Shown: positions 53,726-64,000 of the stretch, one piece after another
Numbering within the stretch: the first letter of the stretch is position 1
How the letters are laid out: every line of letters begins with the position of its first letter
Assembly: GCF_006345805.1 (NCBI RefSeq)
Contig: NC_043000.1
Coordinates: forward strand, 51,398,001 to 51,462,000
Direction: 5' to 3'
DNA from: Octopus sinensis
Lineage: Eukaryota
DNA length: 64,000 nucleotides
The notes under the pieces: generated by a model
What the model was told of the DNA's origin: nothing
Databases searched by the model: none
Seen by the model: the letters and a program-made list of their open reading frames with translations, nothing else
Program-made: the position numbers and the translations under genes

Positions 53726-55740
53726 TGATAGTATACAAGAGAAGGAAGAGAGATGTATATAGATGTAAGTATATATTCATATATATTTCGTGCATTTATA
53801 TTCATCCATATAAAAATGAATATAATGTCACTTACTCTGCATATATTGTATATAGTTAATAGACAAATACTCATGCACTGCAATCATCTAATTTCCACAT
53901 CTTATCAATTATTATGATAGATTTTATTGTATACATCTTATTCTCTTTTGAGCAGGATGATTAGTTTTGCTCATTTTTCTCCTCTCACTACTCCAACATA
54001 TCAAATGAGATGATGCATTATTTGATGATTCTATCAACAATATTAGTTATTAGATTGGAATTTCCATCTGCATTTATTTCTACATTTCTGTTCATTTTCC
54101 CCCAAAATATTAAATTAAAGGCTACTTCAGGTGTTCCTTGCTACAGACAATTTTGTTTTTCACCTGAATACCCTTACTATGTGCTTTATTGGGTACAATA
54201 CAACTATATTGGATTCCTGATAAGAAATGTCTTTACAATCAAAGCAACAAATTATGGCATGCATATATTCACAATATTGTGGGCCAGGTTATTCTCAGAA
54301 GATTTATACTGGTGTCCAATACATTATGCATTATTTATTTGAGAAATTATCCATTTAAATTCTTTTATTTTCCTGACAAATAGCCTAATGTTATATCAGA
54401 AATGCCAAATATATTTTATCACATAAGGAAGTTTTATTACTTGCCATTATTTTCGTTAGTAAATTCATTTAGACATGTCCATCTATTGCTTTCTCTGTAA
54501 ATAAAGAGCTATGTATTGACTGAAAGTCTCAGTAATTAATTTAGATATCATTCCCCATTGAGTTGCTCACCTATTTAGCAAAGTTTCTAAGTTTTTATTA
54601 GTTTCTTCATATATTTCTAATGGTCAAGTATGATTGTTCCCCTTGGTGCATACCTAAACATCAAATCTTTAAATATTAGAAATGAAAGCACATGAACAAT
54701 TTCTTTTACAATTCTTAGCAGAAGTAGATCTATATCTATTCATAGGATTGAAGACATTTGGAATTCCACTTAAAATTTTATAAATTACGTCTCATAAGCC
54801 ATTCCATAAAGGTAAAAATAAGTCAAAAATTCATAATTTGTTTGAGACAAGTATATCGTATTTGTTGCCAAGATTAGAAGACTCACTTGGATTGCATGAG
54901 AGATGGAAAGAACTGCAATTTCATTGTAGACTGTAGGCTGAATGTTTTGCAACTCAAGCTTCAAACCTATTACAGGGGCTGTCTTCTCCCGCCCTACAAA
55001 ATAAGATTCATTGATTAGGAGAATGACACCCACCGCTGTCAGTGTTTTGATTTCATTGCAGCCATATTTGATTAACATGTTAACATTAAAATTTGGTTGT
55101 ACAATAAGAATGCCGAGAATGACATTCTGACCACGAAACCATTTGGACAGTTTAGAGAACAAGGTTATTTATTTCAGAGTAGTTTTACAGGACAAATGAA
55201 TTAAGGTGGGAGTGGTTAGATCACGACTTACTTGAAAATATAATTTTGGATGAGCGTGTCAGGTGAAGTTAATATTGTTAAAATTATTCCTTAATACTTT
55301 GTGAAAGACAAGTTCAAGTAACTAAAATATCCTCAAAACAATTTTCTCTTAAAGGAAGATTGTTTATGTTGATTAGTTTGGAAACGAAAAGATTTTTAAT
55401 TTAGCTCCATATCAGCTTTTACACTAAAAAGGGATGATAAAAATACCCCACCTTTGACTATCTTTCTTTCTGCATATGTAGTGCTACATAATTGAATTTT
55501 GACAGTACGGTATTAGTTGAGAAAGACTTGACTGTTATTTCCAACAAGTCATGCAACTACCATGTGATTCCTTTCATTGTCTCATTTCTTTCAAGGGATG
55601 TGAGACTGATAAGATGCATAATGAGGATTACAGCAAAATCATACACAATCATGTTCACATAAATTTCTGTTAAGCCATACAGAGGCTTCATAAACGCCGA
55701 TATATATTTTTCCCACCATCCCTCTCTTTCTCCCACTCTG

Positions 55741-55777
<37 letters not shown>

Positions 55778-55809
55778 TTTATTTAAAGCAGCAGAAAATT
55801 CAACAAAAC

Positions 55810-55842
55810 CTGTTACTCTGAGTTTCACGTTGCCGTTCATCA
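55810..55842 (-). ncRNA. 5'-truncated hammerhead ribozyme motif in a (TA)n-flanked 66-bp fragment (55777-55842)
   Basis: Minus strand: TGATGA ACG GCAA CGT GAA ACTCAGAGT A ACAG. C3 and the 5' strand of stem I are replaced by microsatellite. Confidence 0.6.
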
Positions 55843-55933
55843 CATATATACATACATATATATATATACATATATATACATACATATATATATATACATA
55901 TATATACATACATATATATATATACATATATAT

Positions 55934-56245
55934 ATCACCATGATCACCGTGACCGACCAGGCTATCAGATGTTGCTACACATCGCTGGTCACAATGCACT
56001 TCGCATTGCTTTTTAGCCTTCAAATGACGCCATTCAAATGAAGCGAGCAGGCCAACAGAAGAAAGAGTGAAAGAAAGTTGTGACAAAAGAATACAGCAGG
56101 GATCGCCACCACCCTCTGCCAGAGCCTTTTGGAGCTTTAAATGTTTTCGCTCAATAAACACTCACAACGCCCGGTCTGGGAATCGAAACTATGATCCTCC
56201 GACCGCGCGTCCGCTGCCCTAACCACTGGGCCATTGCGCCTCCAC
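55934..56245 (-). mobile_element. SINE family D head with a different 3' region
   Basis: 56060-56245 aligns with 44715-44897; the remainder differs. Flanked by (TA)n-rich sequence. Confidence 0.85.
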
Positions 56246-58434
56246 ATATATATATATACACACGTATATATATATATATATATACATACATATATATATG
56301 TATGTACACATGCATATGTTCATGTTTTATATAATTTTATTTAAAGTTGTTACTTTTTCAGTGTTGTATGTCAGTTAGTTTGTTTAGTAAGTTTATAAGG
56401 TAATGTTCATGATCTTAACCATAATGGCTAATACAAAGTTACAAACTAAACACATACATGCACTCATGCTCATACACTTAGAATAAAGGTTAAACATAAT
56501 GATTTGCACTTGACTTTAGGAAGGTCATTATAGCTGAAGCTTATCACAATATTTTAGCTTCTTTATTTTAATCTAATTTATTTACTTTCACTTGTACACA
56601 TTTCCAACAAACTACATTAACCTGTTGATATTTTGTACAATTTTACTTCAGCTGAGGATTAACATTTTATCTAAACATAAAATGAGCGTAAATATACTGA
56701 CACCTATGATAAAAAAGATAAAAAATAAAAATAAGATATTCATAGAAAATTAATTAGTTTTTTTCCCATTTGAATAAATATATGAAAATTTACCATATTA
56801 TCCATTGCAGTAATATTAGGAGTAATTTAATGTAAAACAGCTTGTTGGTAGAAACTTATTATTGTACTTTGTTGCCTCAAGCTTATAAGAAAATATCACA
56901 TAGCATTAATTCTTCATACCAAAACTTTTGATAATATAAATTCAAATGAAAAATATTCCAATATTAAAATGTCTGTTGCTAGTATCTTCATCTCTACCAC
57001 AAGCACAGAAGCCACAACTACTATCATAATTCATCGTCTCCACCAACAACTTGAATGTTTTCATCATTCTTTCACTTTCTGTTCATCATTGTAAATACAC
57101 TTGTGTACATGCGTATACATATGCACACACACACACACATGCACACACACACACACGCACCATCTTCTGGAAATTTAATTCTTCTTTGCTCATGGAAAAT
57201 TGACAAAATCTGTAGGAGAGATTATATTTTCATAGAATCAGTATTTTATGGCAGCCATATCTAAAACAAATGGCTTTTCCTTTAGAATTCTATAGAATTT
57301 CAGCACAAAATTCTTAGGATTTTCAATTAAACATTTCTCTCTCTCTCCCCTCCACCCTGTGCGTGTGTATGTATGTAATTATGCATACTAACAAATGCAC
57401 ACATACATATAGACACATACGCAGCAGATGGAATAGTTTGTGTGCAAAATTAGCAAAGTTTAGAGCTATTGTTGAAAAATAAAGCCAAGGCAATATATAT
57501 AATGAAAATCAATTAAATTTGGAAGAGAATGCTCTCTCTTATTTGCCACATTCATTGTTTGTCTGTCGCAAACCATCTTTCATATTCCAAAGTTTAAACC
57601 ATTGTTGGAGAACATTGTGAGAGAGAGCTACCAATGATAATGTTTTACATTTATAAGTTCCTCGGTAAATGCTGGTTAAATGCATCCTAATAATCATATT
57701 TTAAATTTTGTGTATAGTATTTGCATAATAGTCAGTGTAATAAATTGTAATGGCAACAAAAGATTACAATAAATACCTGCAAAGAATTAAAAAATATCAG
57801 TAAAAAAAATATACATATTTTTAATAATATTGAAACAAAATGAAAATACTCTTCTAAATTATCATGCAAATAAAACTTTTCTCTCATCACTCTCCATATA
57901 AAAGCATGTATGTGCATCTTTGTGTGTGTGTGTGGTGATATATTATCTAGAATAGAGTTAGATACATGTGTTTATTTATTCAGTTAAAGGTGAAGATTCA
58001 CTCAACTGATACTCCCAAACTTTTACATAAATACCTTTTTTACATGTCTTGGATAGTCATATATGCAGGGGATATATATATATAAAAGTCGAAGTGTACA
58101 GTATTATATATCCAATATGATTGATATTACCAGTCTGTTTCAAGCTAGGAGTTAAATGGAGTGTTAGGTAACAGCATGATTTTGTAACTTTGTGTTCTTC
58201 AGAGATAGCAGTTATGAAACGAAATGTAGTGACTGCTCTCTATTGCTGGAGGTGAACAGACACATCTGGTTTGTGGTTGCTGTGATAAAGATGATGAAAT
58301 GACCTGAGTAAGGGTTAATTTAAGACTTGTGTATATGTATGTGTATGTATATATATATATATATAATGTTAAATAAAACCTCTTATATATACCTGTTAAA
58401 CAAAATCTGTCATATATATTTATATATATATATA

Positions 58435-58470
<36 letters not shown>

Positions 58471-58674
58471 AAAGTTTAACACTGAATAAATTATGGCAAA
58501 AAAGTAAAATGATCATGTGTACTTTATCAGATTCAGTTACCAAGACCTTCTGATATGAGCTGAGGCTAAAAGAATTTAAGAAATCATTTTTCAAATGATA
58601 ATTTACATTATTAATTCACAGTGTTACAGAAAGGTTAAACAAAATAAATTTGTAGCCATAAAGATTATTTGCCA

Positions 58675-59097
58675 ACATAATATGGCCATCCTGGTTGGAA
58701 TGAATGTTACTGTTATTTAGCCCCAGGAAGCATCGTCTCCAGCTGGCTGTATGACACACAATATGTGTCCTTATTTTTTGGACAGGGGAGTTTAGCGTCC
58801 CCACTCAGCACAAAGTAGTATCTGTGGACCATGGTTTCTGGGTAATTTATCTTACTTGGCACAGAATAATTGCTCGGCTAGAGATGGCACTGCTAAATTC
58901 CTGTCCCTGTGCCAAGGAAGAGAAATAACTCAGAAACTGCAGTCGACAGATATTGCTTTGTGCTGAGTGGGGATGCTAAACTCCTCTGTTCAAAAATATA
59001 AGGACACGGACTGTGTGTCATATAGCCAGTGTGAGACGATGTTTCTTGAGGCTAAATTACAGTAACATTTCTCCCAACTGTGACTGCCACATTATGT
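58675..59097. mobile_element. Long-hairpin MITE-like element (~190 bp arms, ~42 bp loop)
   Basis: 58675-58864 vs reverse complement of 58907-59097, colinear with mostly transition differences. Confidence 0.9.
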
Positions 59098-59978
59098 AGC
59101 GTACTGTTACTTAATGTCTCTCATGGACAGATCTAGAAATAGTAATGTTTCTATTTACATTTGTAGCCATTAAGCTAGAATTTACAGTGTGAGATTCTTG
59201 CTACCTTCTTTAAATAAGAAAAATACACATGTATAAGTTATGCTGACATTGATATTACTACTTTTGGAATGGTTCTTTAATAGATTACTTTGGAAATTTA
59301 TGTGAGTCAGTTCTCAGTATTCACATAACAAATATATTTATCTAGTCCTTGGCCTTAAAAACTAATTTTAGAAAATTAACTAGTGTAATATATATATAGA
59401 AACATAATGTTCTTAAATTGTTATATATGTAAGATCTCTGTGCTGAAAACCTATCTACTTACATATTATCCTAATTTGTAAGTTTTGCTGATATGAGTTG
59501 AGAAGATAGTGGTTGTATGACACCTTTAGGATATTTATAAATTTATGTTCACATTTCATCTTGTTAATCTTCAGCTCTCTTCAGGTTTGTGACAGATCAG
59601 TGCTTTTTTTTTTATGTCTCTATCATAAAAATATATATTAAACATATAGCAATTGCTTTACCTACAAAATTAGATACAAACTCCAATTACAGTGTCATTT
59701 TACTTCTTTATTTCTCATAAAATTGTATACAACAGCTGTTAGCCACCCTTTGATGTACAAAAGATTTTAAGAGAATACAATCAAATCAGTTCAGATATCA
59801 TTCTTAGAAACAATTAATGATGCAGAATATCTGTTTATATCTGCTTCAAGATATAGTTCAGATAACAGGAAAGAAATAACCAAAATTCTATCATTTCATT
59901 CTGTCATGACTCAGGAAAAGTGTTAAAAGGATTTTGGAAAAATAATTTAATTTCGTTTTTGAGTTTTCTATTATATTT

Positions 59979-60430
59979 GTGGCTGTGTGATAAGAAGCTT
60001 GCTTCTCAACCACATGGTTCTGGGTTCTGTCCCACTGCATAGCACCTGAGACAAGCATCGCCTATGAATGGATTTGGTAAATGTAAACTGAAAGAAGCCT
60101 GTCATATGTATATAAACACATGCTAGCATGGAAAACGGACTTTAAACGATGATGATGATGAAATATATATGTATATATTTATTTGCATGTGTCTTTGTGT
60201 CTGTGCTTGTCCCACCAGCACCACTATTGCTTGGCAACCGGTGTTGGTATGTTTGAATCCCCCTAACTTGGCAGTCCAGCAAAGGAGACTGTTGGTATAA
60301 GTACTAGACTTACAAAGAATAAAACCTGGGGTCATTTTCTTCAACTAAAAAAAAGCCCTTCAAGGTGGTGCTTTAGCATGGCTACAGTCAAATGACTGAA
60401 ACAAGTAAATGAGTAAAAGAATAAAAGAAT
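59979..60430 (+). mobile_element. SINE family B with an internal deletion and a family C tail piece in its microsatellite
   Basis: Head gtggctgtgtgataagaagcttgc, tail agtcaaatgactgaaacaagtaaa; insert catgctagcatggaaaacggactttaaacgatgatgat at ~60118-60161. Confidence 0.85.
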
Positions 60431-60881
60431 ATTTGATCCTTTTCAGAAAATAAGTCTTAGTTTAATGACCAATGACATTTGTTGATCAATTACAAAAGGC
60501 ATAAAATATAGAAAATCATATTGAACGTAGTTCAACGCAAGACCAACAAAATGAATTGCTCATTAATTTGCAACTTTGTTAAGACTATTTTAGCTAATTT
60601 ATAATTTGATGCAATGAAATAAAATTATTAATATTGTTGCAGAAGCTTATACAAAAGAAAATATAGCACAAAATGGTCATAACTGATGAAATATAAAGTT
60701 GGAAAAAAAAAAATGAAAAACAAAACGATATAAAATCCACAAATTTGTCACTATATTGACTCAATATATCTCAAAGATTGAGGAATATAATGATAGTGAA
60801 TAGTTATTTAGACATTAATTTGCAGCCTATATTAATACCTTAATATTTAATGTGTATAAAAGTACATACTACTACTATGAC

Positions 60882-60932
<51 letters not shown>

Positions 60933-63900
60933 CATTGTTAAAAAAGGAAAAGGAGCATTTGATGAAGAAAATTACAAATTAATCATGAATTGTCATTATT
61001 ATCATCACCACTGTCATAACCATTATCATAATTATCATGTGAAAGATTCGTGATAAGAGATTTCATACAACTGAATATAAGAATAGATTCGTAATATTTG
61101 TTTCTTCCTTTCTTTTTTTTTTTTCATCTTTCACTTGAGTGAAACAATGTTTTCTGTCTCTCACAGAAATATGTCTTTATTTTAAAGATATTGACAATAT
61201 ATGGCTTGTTCTCTGGAAATAAACTAAGATAAGACTATTGAAAAATAATGAACTAAGGCATTCTTTTTTTTTTGTTTTATTCACTGCACATGTTTTCTTG
61301 TCTTTTTCCCTAAATTTGTTTTTATTTTCTTTTTTTTCTCAGAAAGTATTAAATAAATGTTTAACTCATAAAAACACACATTAGTGTTCTTCAACAAAAC
61401 TAATGGGTTTGTAATAGCTTACGACATTTTGATACTATCTTTTCATCAACCAAATTTTTTTCCCTTATATCAACAAAATTTTGGTTTCATCAATTATATC
61501 TTTATTTTATTTTTTATTTTTTGATATTTTTAGTTATACATTTTTCGTAAACTAAATTATCATAATAGATATTATAGAATAATAAAACTAATAGAAAAGT
61601 TTTTTAAAAAAATATCCTAAATGTTTATTTTACTAAATTTTAAAATTATACAAGACAAAATATCACCTGTTGAAAATATCTTTAAATTTTTAATGTATTA
61701 CTTTAACATCAAGTACATAATTACAATAATTACATTGCAACTAAGTCTTTTGATGTTATTGTTGTTGCTATTGCTAATGAAAATAATATTAAAAATAATA
61801 ATAGTAATACTCTTGACAAAGCACATTGGTTACAATAAAAATTAATAACCCATATTACAACCACTTTTATTGAAATAGAATAAAATATAACATTTCAGGT
61901 AGAATTATAATTTTGTTGGTTATTACTGTTAATTGCCAATTCAAAACTTAAATACATTGTTTACTTTTGGAGTTCTTTGTTGGCTATCAACAGTTTTGTT
62001 GCTATATGTTAAATTGCTTTCACTCAGTAATTTGACATTGGAATCTGTAAGAAATGGTTTCTAATGTTTTTTCTTAAGATATTGAGGTTGGTTGATTAGA
62101 ATTTTGAACTAATTCTTTCAATCTCTTTCAATGTACATTAGTTATCATCATTACTCAAGTAATTGGTTCTAAAATGGACTTCGAATTACAAAGTATCTTT
62201 TCTTACAAATCAGGGAATTTCCAGGAAATTTAGAAGGGAAAACATCAAATAATTCTAAACCATGTGGTGGATGTGTATTTATACTCACTGTATTAAAATA
62301 TATTACTTACAGCTATTGGCTACAGATACAATACTTAATATACTGATTTTCTCTTATATTTATTCTGAGTCTTTAATAGATATGAAGAAAAATTTCTTAA
62401 AGATTTCAAATAATTTCTGTGTGAATAAATTCTCCCATTGTAGGAATCAAACTTTAGACTTATGTGATTAGACATTCCGCTCATGTCAAATAACTTATTT
62501 GAAAGTTATTTAATTCATACACTGAGTTATAGAAATAGTTTAATTACAGTTGACAGTCTCCAACATTCAGTTTGTTGAAATATAACTATAAATTTATATC
62601 AATTGTGCTAAGTATATGTTAAATAAAATAAAAAAAAATAAATATTAAATGATTAAATAGAAACACAAAATGCGAGTTTCTTATGACATGTGTTAAACAT
62701 CTGATCACAAAATTCTATAGCCTGTATTCTACTTTGGACAAATATGTCATGAAGCAGGAAAGGAACTGACTTAATATTTATTAAAGATTCAGAATCAGAA
62801 CACATGAAAATCATTATATTAAATGCTAGAACGTAGTAAAGGAATAATCTACTTTACTATTAGTGATTTCTCTCTCAACACGCATATTGTTGAACCTTTA
62901 TTTATATTTGAATATCATGGCATTACTACTCTTTATGTAAGCATGTGTCAGTTCATTACACCAGTAAGAACATTTCAGCATGTTATTAATATATTTATTA
63001 ATAAACTTCTACTTTTAATTAGCTACATGTTGATTGCTCCATTTTGCTGTTTTTGTTGCATTCAACTTCCAATGAGCTACTGATTTTAATATAAGCAGTA
63101 ATTTGAGAGTTAAAAAAGCAAGAGACCCACTGATAAGTTTTAGGCTACATATCTTTCATTTCTAAAGATGAGGTTAATCATAGAAATAATTACGATCCTA
63201 TTGTATTAACAAACTGCCTTGAAGTTTTTTTTTTTTTTTTTTTACTTATCAGTGTAAAAAAATACATTTGTAGGAATCATAACACTCTATAGCAGAGGAA
63301 AATGATCCACAAAATGTATAATGTTAATTTTTGAATAAGGTCATGCTGAAATATATCGAAAAAGTAACTGTTCAGAAAAAGAATTGCTTGTGTTTTGAGG
63401 AGAGAAAATGCAATTTGAATTGTAGAAACATGTTGAATAAAAAACATATTGTGCATTGCTTATTGGGGAGAGGATACTTATATTAGAGTAAAAGCAAGAC
63501 AAACTTGGAAAAATGGTATAGAATTAAAAGATGATGATATGTAGTATAGTATACCTATTCAAAAAGCTAATATAGAAAACATGGACTTTAAATAAAAAAT
63601 ATTGATGATAGTGGCAGGGATAATATAGTTGATCCACTTATTTTCATCTAACAAATAGAAGTTAAATACAAAGTTTAAATGCTGGAATATTAATCTGTAA
63701 GTATTGAACTCAAATTCTGATCCTATAGGTCATCTATACTGACTCCTCACATTTTGCATTAAAACAATCTTCACATTTGTTGGGGGAATGCATGAAGTTG
63801 AAACGAGTGTGTATGCACATAGTGCCACTTGTCACACTCATAACTTTGTGCATATGGTGTGTGTGTTTGTGTGTGTACTACAACATACTTATGATATATT

Positions 63901-64000
63901 TGAATGACTTAAGCACATTTCTCTTTTCCATTAAATCAGGAAGACTGAACCCCCATTGACAGATATGTATGTATATTAAAAATTAATTATGTTTAATGCT

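Noticed and set aside
53198-53883. IY/CV/HT-rich ORFs here and at 11405-14268, 33963-35963 and elsewhere
   Set aside because: Translations of (TA)n, (TG)n and (CA)n microsatellites.
54785-55162. 125-aa minus-strand ORF in a higher-GC block
   Set aside because: No recognisable motif; more likely an unclassified repeat remnant.

Overview
AT-rich, non-coding, repeat-dense eukaryotic DNA (intergenic or a very large intron). The SINE families and the abundant (TA)n/(CA)n/(TAA)n microsatellites suggest an Octopus genome (inference from recalled repeat sequences, not from a search). No host gene exon can be supported, and nearly all listed ORFs are microsatellite or AT-rich artefacts. Recognisable content: decayed REL-endonuclease (R4/Dong-like) non-LTR fragments stacked in (TAA)n arrays, an RTE-like LINE fragment, a mariner transposase remnant, several tRNA-derived SINE families, a hAT-type MITE and a long-hairpin MITE. 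The most notable signal is a set of fold-back (inverted-repeat) elements, several of them (TA)n-flanked, and short repeats carrying minimal hammerhead-ribozyme-like motifs of the Penelope-like/retrozyme type. One family (two copies here) has the full minimal hammerhead architecture with a swapped G3-C8 core pair (GUGANCA instead of CUGANGA). All alignments were done by eye and boundaries are approximate unless stated.
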